From Marsupella aquatica (lineage: Eukaryota; Plantae; Marchantiophyta), in contig OZ316894.1 of NCBI GenBank assembly GCA_973895155.1, positions 14,399,680-14,463,679 on the forward strand: a stretch of DNA of 64,000 nucleotides. Reading direction: 5' to 3'. Position 1 is the first letter of the stretch. Each line of letters begins with the position of its first letter. The position numbers were made by a program, and so were the translations under genes. Below are positions 26,444 through 39,208 of this stretch, in pieces. Below the pieces are notes generated by a model that was not told the DNA's origin, did no database searches, and saw only the letters and a list, made by a program, of their open reading frames with translations.

Positions 26444-28093
26444 CTAGGAAACTCGTTTCTTATGTCTTGGTCTCAGGTTTTTGGCATCGGGCGGTTGTTT
26501 GGCCGGTTCGTGGTCACGAGGCTCTGCACTGGTAGAAGCAGCATCGGCTCCCTGCTTAGCTGGAGCCGTGTCCTCTGTATTGATCGGTTGTTTTTGCGTT
26601 TCCTCATCCCGGGCGGTGGAGGTGCTCGGGGTGGACTCAATAGCAGCCTTCGGGTAATTCAGGAGATGTGTTTCCTGGGTTGCCTCAACTCCGAAGACAT
26701 CTTCCTCGGACAAGGACGAGATGAGTTCAATCATATTGAGTTCCTCTTCCTCCGAGGTCTTCGAATCATATTCCTCGGGTCCCTGTGGAGTTTCGCCCTG
26801 GTAATCGTCCATTGCCCATGATACCCGTACTGTGGGTGTCCCGAACCGTAGCTCCTTCTTTCCCCAATCCGTGACTACACGGCCACCGTACAGCCACGGC
26901 CTGCCTAGGAGGACCGGATAAGAGGAGGGCCAAACCGGCCTCATGACTAGGAAGTTGAGATAGAACTCCACCCCTCCCACCAGAGTGAGCACCCGTGTGA
27001 GCGTGCCTAATGGGAGGACCCTTGCCCCATTTGCTAATCTGATAGCTCGGGCCGTGGGTTGATATGTGAGGTGTCCTGACTTGACTGATGTTTCTTCAGT
27101 CATGATGTTGATGCCCGCTCCTCCGTCCACGAGAACCATCTTGATGGTACAATTATTAATTTCAATTGAGATGTCCGGCGCTCCCAGGTCCTCGCATATC
27201 ATGTTGCAATCTGCGATCCCAACACGGGGTAGTCGCCTCTGTCATCGACCCGTAAGCAACTCCCTCAATTGCCGTCGGTACTGTGGATTGTTTTGTAGCA
27301 GTTGTCCTACTGTTGCTGTAACCGGGAAACTCTTCACGTCTTCCTTAATATCATAGTCCTCCTTTTCTTCTTCCTTCGGTTGCTGCTTGACTTCCTCTTG
27401 CTGTTTCTTTACCATTTCTTTGATGCGGGGGAAAAATAGCTTCGGGTCGTCCCTACGGTAGTCATCATCTTTCTCTGGGGGTATGTCTATCGCTGGCTGC
27501 ACCGGAGTAGTATCTTGTTTTTTCCTGTGTTTCTCCTCCTGCTTCTCTTCCTTCCGTTCGGCTCTTATTGACACTCGGTAGCACTCAGCCTTGTCAGATG
27601 GATTAGGGTGCTCCGCCACGTCCACCAGATTTACCCACTCAGTGTTGTCATCTTGCCATTCCACAGCAATCATTTGGACGACTGCATCGCTCGTGGCCGG
27701 TCCACCCTGAGCTGGTCTTGCTCCATTTGTTCGAGCGGCTATTACCAATGGACAATTGGCCGTGGAATGAGCTTCCGTTTTGCAGACTTGACATAGTGGC
27801 ATGCCACGGCCATCCCCCTGGCGTCTTGGTTCTGTGCATTCCCTAGCAAAGTGGCCTGGCTTCTCACAGTTGTAACAAACCGGGGATCGCCAAATCCCTG
27901 GTTTAGGGGGAATGCTAGGATTACTGATAACTTGGAAACTTTGGCCATTGTTTGGGGAGGGGTATGCAGTTCTACTTGCTAAGTTACGCGGACCCACCGT
28001 TGAAATCTGATACACCGAATCAGGAGGGTCTTCAAAGAAATACTCCGTGGACTCCGCTTCAGGTCCCGGGTTGTCGACATCATCTAATTCCAC
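26444..28093 (-). pseudogene. Gypsy zinc knuckles + aspartic protease
   Basis: CCHC knuckles CYNCEKPGHFAREC and CQVCKTEAHSTANC; protease motifs LVDGGAGINIM and LLGRPWL. Confidence 0.9.
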
Positions 28094-28266
28094 CTGGTGA
28101 ACTCGGTTCTTCCATCTTGGGCATTCTTACACGACATGCCCGGATTGGAAGCACTTTGAACACCACGCATGGGCTCGGATCTCAAATGGCTTCTTCTTCT
28201 CCACCGGCTTTTCCGCGAGATGTACTGACAGTGCTTTGAGGCGATCCGTGATTTTGTTAAGCTTGT

Positions 28267-29319
28267 CTACTTCGGCAGCCTTTGGATCGGGTATCGTTCT
28301 TCGAGCACGGGGTTTGATTTTCCCCTCCTTCTTAACCCTCCTTTTCTTCTTCTTGCTCCAGCTCTCGCTCTCCGAATCACTTCCCGATGAGCTGGTGGTG
28401 GAGGACCCGCTGTTCGAAGTTGAATCTGAACTAGATTTTGTCTCCGAACTGGATGAGGTCGAACAATGTTTCTTCTTCTTCTTGCATTTCTTCTTCTTCT
28501 CGTCGCTGATTCGGAGTCACTGTCACTGAAGGTCTCGTACTTTCCCTTCTTGCGGCGTGCCCGTTGGCTTTGTCGGGAGTTATAGGTGGACTCCCGGTAG
28601 GTTTTGGCGCATGCTATGGCTGCTTGCATTGAAATTGGGTTATTCTGGCGCACCCAGAATTGCATATTCGTGGGCAAACCATGGAGGAACCACGTAAGCT
28701 GGAGTGCGTCACCAGGCCTGGGCCGTATCTTGGCAGCAAGTTTCTGAAACTTCTGAATGAACTTTCGCAGGGGCTCTTTTTTTCCCATGCGAAGCTGGCC
28801 GATCTTTAATAAAGAGCGCTGCTCGGATCCAATAGCACAAAATTCTTGTAGCAATGCAGCTTGGAATTGTGCCCATGTAGTACCGGGTGGCAGCGAGTTG
28901 TACCATGGATGAGCTTCTCCCTGCATCACTCCAGGGAGGACAGTTAGCTTAATGGCGTCTTCCCCGTTAGCCTTAGCAGTGGCTTCAAACTCATCCAACC
29001 ATTCATTCGGATCATCCCCATGACGCCTTTTGAAAGGTCGATAATGAAACCGTGATCGTTGCGATATTTGTGGACAAGCTTGGGCAGTGCGAGCCATCGG
29101 CGGGGCAGCTGCCATAGGTACTGGTGGCGGTGGCGGTGGTGCAGCAGGAACTGGAGCAGGACGGGTTGGACCGGACCCCGAGGGTCCTGGTGGTATGTTC
29201 ATTCGCCGAGGTGATTGCAAATCCTCCGATCCTGAAGAGTCTAAGCTTGCTGTGGTTGCACTCTCTCGTTCGCTAGTCAATCTCCTCAAGTAGGCTGCTT
29301 GAGAATGAGTGACGGGCAT
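28267..29319 (-). pseudogene. Gypsy gag (Retrotrans_gag-like), frameshifted near 28500
   Basis: DDPNEWLDEFEATAKANG...GEAHPWY...TWAQFQAALLQEF...KEPLRKFIQKF...WFLHGLP. Confidence 0.88.
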
Positions 29320-29389
29320 TTACTCATATACACATGATGGTTAGTAACTCACACGGGCCTGGTGTATTCTGCCCAGGTGCACCCGCACA

Positions 29390-29924
29390 TGTCTTCCGGT
29401 AGATAGGAACTGCGTCCAAAATCGAATGGCCAAACTGGAGAGGATCATGTGCGACATTAAGAGGAGATAGCAATGGCAACTAAGAGAGAACGAGAGAGTT
29501 GGGGTCGAAGCTGGCGTGTGGACTGATGGACTGGTGCACTACAAAGGGTCGGCTCCCTTTTTATACCCTGAGGGTTTGTCGATCACCCGACGTCTCCTCG
29601 TTGCCTATAGGCTGAACCGTTCACACTTGTAGTGTACTGGCCACTCCGCCGGTCTGAGTCAGCGCGTGTCAGTGGCCGCTTCCCTAAGTTTGTTATACAG
29701 ACCAAAGGGAGGGGCCCCTCCACGCTCGCAACCCGGGCGGGCGAATGGCGACACACCACCAGTCCGAACATGAATTCCCCTTATTGACTAATGATTTCCT
29801 ACTCATAATGGTTACCTAAATATTGTCATTATGCTAATAATAGCGGCCTAAGATACCCCTAACACGCATGCTAAGCGCGGTCCAGATTGAATTACTGATT
29901 ACTCGCCATACCGGCGGCGTCACA
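29390..29924 (-). repeat. Truncated 5' LTR (535 bp) of the Gypsy element
   Basis: Direct repeat of 22918-23452 with roughly 30 mismatches, mostly transitions. Contains TATAAAAAG on the minus strand. No PBS is seen after it. Confidence 0.88.
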
Positions 29925-31583
29925 CCTCCCTCCTAAATCAAGAGTAAGAGATGATACTTAGAAGTCAAAGGCATAAAACCTGAATATTGAACAACACTAG
30001 CGCCAAGCGCTAACCAAATCACTACGTGCACTAGAACCACAACAGACTCAGTAAGGACATTTTCATTCCCAAGATAATTTAAGCCAACGCCAGGCGCTGG
30101 CCAAAATACCAACACAAATACTCACTTTTCCTCCCAGATTTAGTTGACTCGCTGGGTGCTGCCAACTTTGCTTTCCCTTTTGCTCAAGGTTTGTGGTTGC
30201 GGTCGACATGGACAATGGTCGTTTCATAGATAGTTTGCAAGTCTGTGGCAGACTTGTTGACATCGTCAAGTAGACCCTGCTTCATGTTGGAAACAATTTT
30301 GGTTGGAATGTGGGACTTTGAAAGCTATGGAATGCATCCTTCTCCCTCTGATCAAAAGGTGAATCCCATCTATCGGTATCTAAATACCACGGGCAGTGAG
30401 TTCTCTCCCATTCTGTCATAGGTCTCGGCGGAAATATGCCCTCCAATGGGTACATGGAATACAAATCAGCTATAGCATCATCCTCACTTATTGTAATCCA
30501 CTTCATGAAAGCTGTGGGATATGCCCGGCCAGAAGAAATCAGGTTTGGTTACCTCCATGTGCATGTAGAACCAGTAGAGATACCTTTTAGCCCGCTTCTG
30601 GTTCTTCTGGGTGTAGTCTTCTTTGTCTAGGTACTTTGAAGGCCACATAGTGTGAAAGAACTTAGTCTTCACGGAATCACCATATCTCTTGAACTCGTTT
30701 GTAACAAAATGAATGAGATCATCAAAGGAATCACACTTCCACTCTTCCAATCGAGTCCCGGGAAAGGTTTGCTCTACTTCACGAAGAGACAACTGTAACA
30801 TGCCGACAGCAATTCCCTCCACACTATTCCAAGTGATCCAAGTGTGACACCATTGTTTCACTGGGTTGTCGTTAACACTAGTTGGGTGGAAAAACTGCCT
30901 CCGGAGCTCAGTTGTGCAATGTGCCACGAGTAGGGTACTCTACAACTTTGGGTCTAGTGCAGAGACCGCAGTGAACAATCGGGCGCGGTCCATTGTACAT
31001 AACATGGTGTCGGGCTTCTTCTCTCTCTTGTTTCTCTCTGTGACAACATACATTTCTGCACATGTACTCAGGAAATCTTCAAATTGAGGACTTAACAAGG
31101 GCGTAATTTTTGAACTCTTCACTGCCCAGTCTTTGGTTGCATCCTTCATCATTAAGGCATGCCGTTTAGAAATCTCTTCCACCAACCAGGGACTCCCTTG
31201 AGCCTTGGCTGCATCCATGTCAAGCTTGAATTGGTGTGAATAAGACTTTATCTTATTCTCACATAGAATGTAAACAAGAGCTTCTTGTGGCATCTTCTTT
31301 GTATACCATGACCCCTTCCGAGTCTTCAGCCGAATGTTCTCAAACTTCTTGAAATTGGCCGGGTCAATGAGTTTATTGTAATACTCAAGGTCATGAGCCA
31401 GAATCCTTTTGATTCTATCTACATCTAGGATCTAGGAGGGTTCAACAATGGCTTGTCCAACCCTACAAGAACAAACGCAATTTGTTAGAGTCAAATAAGA
31501 ATTGACCTATAACCAGCGCCATGCGCTCTTAAATCAAACACTCTAAGATTCAAGAAGGGAATCGGATTAGTATGTGAACTTAC

Positions 31584-32148
31584 TGATTGACGGTGTGCAT
31601 AGCTGCTTCAATTTCAATGAAAGATCCCTTGTCTCCCTTAAAAATTGTACAGAGCACACGAGGATGGTACTTTGGATTCTCGGGGTTCTCCTGTGTAACA
31701 AGCATCCATGAGTACAACCTGTGATTTCCATCAAAGACAGAGAACATCTTATCCTTCAACACGAGAAAATCTGGGTCAGCCTTGCATTCGGCCTCAAACT
31801 TCTCGTTCTCCAATTGCCAGATTGGATCCCAAGTATCACAAATCTCCTGGGTACATGCCAAAAGAATTCCGTTCTCATTCGTTGGTTGCACATAGAAACG
31901 CATTCCTATGGATGAGTTGTAACCAATACTACAAAATGAGTCTTTCAGCTTCTTGATGGAAGAGTTGTCTTTCTGTAATAGCAAACCACCTCCATGTGAA
32001 CCAATCAACATAGGGGGATTTGAGGCAACTCCTTGTCAAATCCATGAGAATCCTTCCCAAAACACATGACATGCTTGGATATGAGATCAGTCTCCGCAAG
32101 CGCTCAATCTGTGACATCCTGGATCGCAAATGTGTCAAGATTCTCCAT
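31584..32148 (-). pseudogene. ParB/Srx-like N-terminal exon of copy A
   Basis: QIPLC*LVHMEVV..LQKDNSSIKKLKDSFCSIGY...FYVQP...VFDGNHRLYSW. This follows the ParB/Srx pattern IP..L...R...I..L..S....G...V.P...DG.HR with an insertion. Confidence 0.75.
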
Positions 32149-33924
32149 CTTTTTGCGCAAAGGTTTTGGAATCAAAACACCGCTAATAGAAACGGGAGGC
32201 AACAACTTTGTGGAACATGTCACACGATGTGTATAAACCAACCCAGTAAACAAAGACTATACAATTCAGAATAAGCTCGATCCTGATATGGAACTGCACT
32301 ATACCCTATGCTTAGGGGAATACCTCCATCATCTTCCTTCCAGAAGCGTACAAACAATCGTACAATGAAATTATGACACTCTAATCCTCCTCAAACGTGT
32401 ATTATATTCTAGAAGGAGGGGGTAGTTCAGCGGATCCCTTTGGTTAAAGAGGCAAGCTAGTATGTTTGGCGGATCCCAACGTCTGTAATTGGATGACTCA
32501 ATTAATATCTAAATCAAGCGGAAGAAGATGCGTAATCAACACGTAACCCAGAAGTTACCGTTACATATTACCGTTAATACCCCTTCTCCACATTTGCGAG
32601 GAATACTAGCGTCGGGAACTATTAAAAAGATGGTCCCTAAAGAGAGATAATTGGAAGAGTATTGATGATAGCGCCCGACGCTAGTAATAAGAAAGACACA
32701 AAAATATGTCTGAATTCGTGGTTGCAGTAGATGATTTATCCTCTTAACACCCCATATTTTAAATTGTTTCCGTTGTTGTAACTGATTTTTGAAAAACTTT
32801 CTTTCTCCTAGTACTAGCGCCAGGCGCTGGTAAAAAAACATGCAGCGTTAATCCCTAAATCTGGTATGTTTTCCAATAATGGAGTGCTTTGAAACTCACA
32901 TATCCCATATAATTTCTGAATTATTTTGCTGCGGAGAGTGTGGATTTTATACTAGCGCCTGGCACTAGTATGTGTCGCGCCCCTAACCCGGGCCTTAAAT
33001 CCGAGTTGGTTCCCTAGTGCGACCTCGACCACCAGTAGGGGTGAGGGTTTGGGCAAGGAGGTGTGTAGCGGGCCTGATTAGCCCTAAGTCGGGCTAAGTC
33101 AATATACTTACCGGTATAATACTTACGCAACTCATACTGGTCATAGGTATATTTGTTTTCCATCGCTGGAATATTCCCACAGTTAGTGACTCAGACTAAC
33201 TCCCGGCTTGGGGCTTTCAAGCCATCAACGCGATAGATACTTGTGACATGCAATAGGTGGCAATCCCTACCATTAGTCCGCACCCGATACGTCCCTTGAA
33301 ATGGCGCCTTTGCCCAGACAAAGCATACACACAACACCAGTTACTCGCGATAGAATCAGAGGGAAAAGCCTACATTTACTCAGCGAAGAATCAGTTTACA
33401 TAGTTGACTCAACTTCTAAGGGGGTCAGCAGGCCTAACGGCAGTTGATGCCCAGTCTCTACGAGGCCCCACCCCGCGCTTGCCCAACAAGCTTGACTCTG
33501 GCTCTCACTCCTTAGTGCACTCTGACCCTGCTCAGGCCGGGACTCCCCGTGCCTCGCCTTTCCTTGCACTGAGATAACTAAGCCTTCTTCCCCTCCCACA
33601 ACGGAAGGGGAAGCCTAAATACTACGTTTGCGGAAAGGAGCCGGAAGATACTACCTCTCAAGATAATGCCTACTGACTAACCGGCCGCACTACCTCTGAC
33701 CGGCTGACCGTCAGTGGTAAGGGGCGCTAACCAGGGTGGCAATGGCTAAGTCTACTGACCAAAATCTAGTCCGTTGATGGACTCTATCCTACGTCGGCTG
33801 ATCCTAACTGATCCTGTCCTAATTCTTCCCACTGTGCCGCTAATTGGCGCCTAATGACAGCTATTCTATCGTTAAGCCTAATAAAAAAGATGCTATTGAC
33901 TCAACTACCTCGCGCGGCACCCGC

Positions 33925-36900
33925 TGTGATCCCTAGCCAGGAATCACTGGGCTAGTTTAAGGTAGGGGAAAAGGGAAGTGTACCCTAGAAACACCTTAGT
34001 ATAGTTACATAAACAAGGAAAATATAAACAATTAAGGGTGACTATGGAACCCGAGCCGAGGCCGGAAGTAAGGACGCCAGGGGAGAGAACACGATTAGGG
34101 TTAGGGCATGCTAAGTGCCGGCGGCTAGGGGTAACCAATGGGAGGGAGAACCAGAGGAGGAGAGGGGTAAGGACCGCTCGCAAGGAATAGTAGCTCATTT
34201 GCAAGCACGAACTGAGCACGCAACTACGGGCGGCCAACTACTGTCAACTGCTTAGGCAAGCGCTCAGGGTGGGAACAAATACCGACTATCAACTTGAGAA
34301 GGGTATGAGTGTGGTGCGTCCCATGGCTCCCTAAACCCAAGAAACCCCCCAACGCAAGCCGATTCCCGTAGGTTTCGCGCTTGGCGAGGCCGTTTCCGCG
34401 GCTTAGCGGCATGGGACGCTGATAACTTCTACTATTACTATTAGCCTTTTACACACATATACTGGACAGATCCTTCATCGGGTCATGAGATACGTAGCCG
34501 GCCTAATCTAGGCCTTCCCTTGTCTTCCTCTCCTTCTGGTTAGGTATGTTTGGATTCCGCCGCCAGAATGATCCCCAATAGGTTTGGTTAAGCCGCTAAG
34601 ACCTCTCTCAGCTCGACACATCCAACTCTCACTCCCCTGCTTACTTTCCTTCCTCTGTTGGTTGATGTGGGCACTCTTCACACAAGTTAATGCGACACAC
34701 AAATGGCAAAATGACTCCTTCTGACTGAGTCATACCATGCACTTGCCATATAAACAGTACATCTCATACACAAGCTCTGCGAACTAAGCCATGAGGCCAA
34801 CTCTATTCAGCTCTTAGGCATGAGGAAACATGAATATACACAAGGTCACGGTATGACTAACCAAGAGCTTCTCTTACTACTTGATCCCAGCCCGGCTGGT
34901 GCAAACTAAAAACTTGCTAAAGAAGAGGCCCTGAGCTCCCCGCTGCCCAGGTACTTATCCTGGTAATGGATCCGCCTAATTCTTTGCAGCGCAAGCCTAA
35001 TCTACCTAACAGTAATCTACCTGCCCGGATCTACCTATGTACAGCAAGGCAGGAGCACAAGTGTTGCTCCTACCAGTGGAACCGCAATCCCACTAAGCTA
35101 AGTGCCAGGGCCGCTCCTGGTCCTGATCCTAATCCTAAACTTGGAGATCAGCGCCCGCCCTGCCCACTCACGCCTCCTACCTCCACGTCCGCCCTTCCTA
35201 AAAGGAATGGCGCCCTTGCACCGTCATGACACCGGTGGTGGATCCTCAATGGACGCCCCCAACGCTTCCTCCTCAGCCACTGCCGTAGGTTCGTTCTCTG
35301 ACAGATTACCTGCCCTTGACTGAGTCAACTCTCCATCGGCCTGACTGGGTCCACCATCGGCATCGGCATCGGCTCGGGAATCATTCTCGGCTACGGTCTC
35401 CCCGGCCTGCTCAAGAGGCGGATCTGGGATACCGGCCTCATTACTGGGTAGTTCGGCTTGGGCCGCACCATCCCCACCTTTGGTGATAGCGGGATCTATT
35501 GTCGTGTTCATGCCGGAGGTTGGTGCCGGTTTGAGTACGGCTTGAGGGGTCGAATAACCTCCGGACCCCGAAGGTTTCCACTTCTTCTTCTTCACTATCT
35601 CCACAGTCGGTTCCTTCCCCTTGCCGCCAACGTCCGGCACTGGGCCGTGTGTCACGGCTGGTCCTTCGGCAATTACCACCCCTGGTAACTGGTTTGCCCC
35701 AATGGGAGATGGACCTGATGCAGCTAAGCATTTAAATACTGCGGCTTGTTTCTTCAGCCGCTCTGTTTGGTTGTCGGCCCGCCGCTGTAGGTTCTCCATC
35801 TTCCTCGTGATTTCCTCCAACTCCTCCTGGGTCTCATCCAGGTCCTTACGTGCCTCCTCCAGCTCATTTTTGGCTTCCTCCAATTCCTTGTGGGCTTCCT
35901 CCAATTCCTTCTTGGTGGTAGCCCTCTCCTCCTGGGTTGCTCTTAGCTCCTTGTCGAGCTCCGCTACGACCTCAGACTCCATGTTATGCATCTTGGCATA
36001 AGTGTGGTCGAGCTGGGCGTCCTTCTCCCGCAGGTAGGCCTTGAAGCTGGCCGACAGGGACGCAAGCTCCTGCTGTAGCGCAATAATCCCTTGATAGGAT
36101 TTCCCTAACTCGGCCTCCTTCTGCTCAAGGGCTCCGCGGATTTTCTCGAGCTCCCCCTTCAACGCCCATTCCTTTCTTTGGGTCTCCGCCATGGCCCGGT
36201 TGTTGGCTGTTATGTGGGCCTCCTCTGTATTCCTCAGCTCTCGCTTCCATTTCTCCCTCTCTTTGATCGCGTCGGCCAATTCTCCCTGGGTCTGAGTCAG
36301 TTTATCCTTGATAATCTGATTATCAGCCTGCGCAGTGTCCAACAGCCCCTGCATGATGTTCAGCTCATGCCGCTTAATCCGCAGTTCATCTTGGGCTTTC
36401 TTGGCCGCCCTTAGATCTTCAATCTCGGCTTCCATCCTCCTAAGCCGCCGGATGACCTCGTCCTTCTTGCTTCTCTCTAAAGCCATCGCTTCTTCTAATT
36501 GGTGCTTCTCCAACTCCTCCCTATGGAAAAAGGGTCCTACCTCCAACTCCTCCCCAAAGATGCCGAGCGCAAGTTCCCCACATATCTCACCATACTCCAT
36601 GGCTCTATTCTTAGCGTAGGTGGAGTAAGTAGAAGTGATCGGCATCGTCCATCGCGGCCTCTGCTCCCAAGCCGACTTGCGGATCTCTTCAATCGTGGCT
36701 AGAGGTTTGCTTCCTTTTTCGGCTAGCCGCCTGATGTCCTCCGGCCAATCTCCTCCTGGCAAATCCTTTTCCCTAGCCAGGGCTGCCTCCTCTTCCTGCC
36801 TGATTCGCTCCTGAAATTCCTGCGCCGTCTGTTTTATGCTGTCAAAGCTCGGGGGAGCAACATCTGGTGGGGGAGACTCAGGGCTACTCTGCTGGTTGGG

Positions 36901-38965
36901 GTCCCCTCGTACTACCCTTGGAAGTATGGGGATAAACCGGCCACAGGTCCTTACTCCTGGAACGTGATGGTCCGACCCATAGCCGGAGTTATCATGGCTG
37001 CAGTCCTCCACTGCCTCCTCTACTTCTTGGACTTCCGGCTTCTCCCTCTCTTGGTCGGTAGGAGCTTCAGGCAATTCTGCCTCAGATTCAAAGCTTGAGA
37101 CTCCCACGTACATTCGAACACCCGGCTTGGATTCTGGCCTGATTCTCTCCTTGTTTTTGGTAAAGGAGTTTTCCCTTCTAAGTCTGCTTAGGTTGACCTC
37201 TGGGGCAGTGTCCTGTATTGGTGCCGTTGCCAAAGCCGGTGCCGTTGCCGTCTTTTCCTTCTCCAGCATTTTCAGCAGATTCTGCATGCTTGGTTGCTGC
37301 ATTGGCAAGTCTTCCTTCCTTGGCCTAAACACCTGCTCAATCGTAGGGCTAACAGGTGGTTGAGGCTTCTCTGCTACCGGCCTTGGTGCTGGAGCTTCCT
37401 CGGGTACCCTTACCTGCAGGGGAAGTACTGGGGCAAAGGTCTGACCTCTGGCATACCGGCACAATAGCGGCATGTGATAGCCAAGCCGCGACACGCTCCC
37501 CATGCCGATTACCTACTGCTCCTCCTTTAAGATTTTCTTCAATTGGTTGAGGAGGTACCCGTTGTAGTCCCGGCTTGGGTCTGGCCTCTCTGCCAGATAG
37601 ACCTGTGCCTTGCCAATCTCTGCCCTTGTCAAGTTACAATGCATGGTCACCCACAAGAAGTCGATCATCTCTCCTATGTGCGGGTTGGTGCAGGTATTCC
37701 GGAAGAAGCAATTCTTCGTTGATGGCCCGGGGAACGACCGGAACTCTTTGTCAGGCAAGGTCTTCCTGGTATCAACCTTGGTCTTATTGCCCATCGGCAA
37801 GCCAAACACTTTGGCAATTACCTTGGGAGTAAGATAGAAATCCTTCCCATATATCCTCGTGCAATTGGTCTCGGGTTCCCATGACCCCACGAATTCTAAT
37901 AGGTCTGAATCCGGCACCTCCGGCTTTAGCCATGGTAATCTTACAAAGGCCTCTAAGCCGGATCCGGCCATGAAGCCTTGGTACTTCTTGGTCTGTATGG
38001 CCGTAAAGCATGCATCCTCCTCCCGTGCAAAATGTAGTTGCACCTCCACTGGTAGGGTTGCCGCCCAGCCTTTCCAGGTGTCATCCCTGGTTGGAATGGC
38101 ATTGATGGGATCGACCTCCTCCTCTTTGGCTTCTCCCTGCCTCCTGCTCTGCTGCTCGGCTGGCTTCTTTGGTGCCGCCGACCTCGTTCTTTTTGCCAGG
38201 GTGGCTTCATCGTTGACGGCTCCCTTCCTCTTCATCTCTGTTGCCGTGGAGGTTTCTCCTAGCACCGTTGCCTGGGTCCACCTTTCCGTGCTACCCTTCA
38301 ATTCCCAATGTATGTCGTTGCAGTTCTTGATGGCCTCTCGAATGCCGATGATTCTGTCTTCGCAAAACAGAAGATCGTCGAGCTGATTGGAAGTAGGAGT
38401 CCACAAGAACTTGGCCTTGATGAGTTTGCCTCCTAAGAAAGCCGTCTTCTGCAGCTCCCACAATCGAGCGAGCTCCTGTCGTTCTCGAGCTGCCCTTTCT
38501 GATTCTTCGTCCTCGTAAGTCTTGATGTACTCAGTTGCCCGTTCGAACAGGCATCCCTAGAAATGTGCCGCTTGATTGATGTTGCTCATACCCTCCTTGA
38601 GTCGATTGTTGGTATCTGTTCCCAACCCGAGTGCTTGTCTAAGCAGCTGATAGCATTTGGCCTCCCGTAGTCGTCTGCCTAGTTCGTTCTTGCAAATGAG
38701 CCACTATTCCTCGCGAGCGGTCCTTACCCCTCTCCTCTTCCGGTCCTTCCTTCCGTTGATCCTTCCTAGCCGTCGACGCTTAGCGCGCCCTAACCCTAAT
38801 CGAGTTTTCACCCCCAGCGTCCTTACCTCCGGCCTCGGCCCGGGTTCCATAGTCGCCCCTAATTGTTTATATTTTCCTTGTTTTGTCCCTATACTAAGGT
38901 GTTTCTAGGGTGCATTCCTGCTTTACCCACTTAACTGGCCGAGTGATTCCTGGCTAGGCATCACA
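33925..38965 (-). mobile_element. 5-kb element bounded by inverted repeats of about 385 bp (TGTGAT...ATCACA), nested in the solo LTR
   Basis: 33925-34309 is a diverged reverse complement of 38585-38965 (for example ctagccaggaatcact and agtgattcctggctag). No clean TSD. Confidence 0.75.
35224..38589 (-). pseudogene. Accessory protein of about 1120 aa: PMD-like domain + long coiled coil, two in-frame TAG stops
   Basis: ATG at 38589; stops at 38557-38559 and 37513-37515; ORFs 37513-38463 and 35224-37503 share one frame. LLEFVGSWEPETNCTRIYGKDFYLTPKVIAKVFGLPMG resembles the PMD pattern ERW.PET.TF..P.GE.TITL.DV..ILGLP. Heptad repeats KKELEEAHKELEEAKNELEEARKDL. Confidence 0.7.
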
Positions 38966-39208
38966 TCCATCCTCTCGGGCACAGGTGGTTCCTTGGATGG
39001 GGCGGTGAGCTCCTCCGTAGTCTGCAATGGGGAGGGAAAGGTTTCTTCAGGTGGTGGAGGGATTGGGGGTGGTTGTACTGGGGTAGCGGACGTTCGACGG
39101 AAGGGGGCGGTGGAATACCAACGGGAGGAGGTGGCGGAGTATTAGGTGGGGCCGCAGGCTCAGGGTTTGCCCAAGGCGCGGTAGTCTGCTCGCTCCTGGT
39201 TGCCTCCT

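Larger units (their letters stand above)
20306..29924 (-). mobile_element. Ty3/Gypsy LTR retrotransposon (non-chromovirus, Athila/Tat-like), decayed
   Basis: TG...CA termini, 5-bp TSD CCTCC (20301-20305 and 29925-29929), domain order gag-PR-RT-RH-INT, and a purine tract TAGGGAGCTA before the 3' LTR. Confidence 0.93.
18532..32148 (-). pseudogene. ParB/Srx-like + degenerate N4/N6 DNA methyltransferase-fold gene, copy A (spliced; interrupted by the Gypsy insertion)
   Basis: Exon 1 is 32148-31584, exon 2 runs from 31462 to about 30150-30280, exon 3 is 29932-29925 joined to 20300-19608, exon 4 is 19515-18950, and exon 5 is about 18876-18532. It is collinear with copy B at 54-60 kb, with the first intron and the mid-MTase intron at equivalent positions and phases. 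Several premature stops and frameshifts. Confidence 0.75.

Noticed and set aside
22918-29924. Reading the Gypsy element as having 535-bp LTRs
   Set aside because: That boundary gives no TSD and no PBS, whereas 20306-29924 has the TSD CCTCC and its removal restores the host exon.
31584-32148. Bacterial contamination as the source of the ParB and MTase motifs
   Set aside because: The genes have conserved spliceosomal introns, are interrupted by plant LTR elements, and are contiguous with a plant gene.
34095-34106. Telomere-like TTAGGGTTAGGG and scattered AAACCCTAAA words
   Set aside because: Only one or two units each, too short to call interstitial telomeric arrays.
33925-38965. DIRS-type or TIR DNA transposon call for the inverted-repeat element
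   Set aside because: No tyrosine recombinase, RT or DDE motifs, and its ORF is homologous to the Gypsy LTR ORFs.
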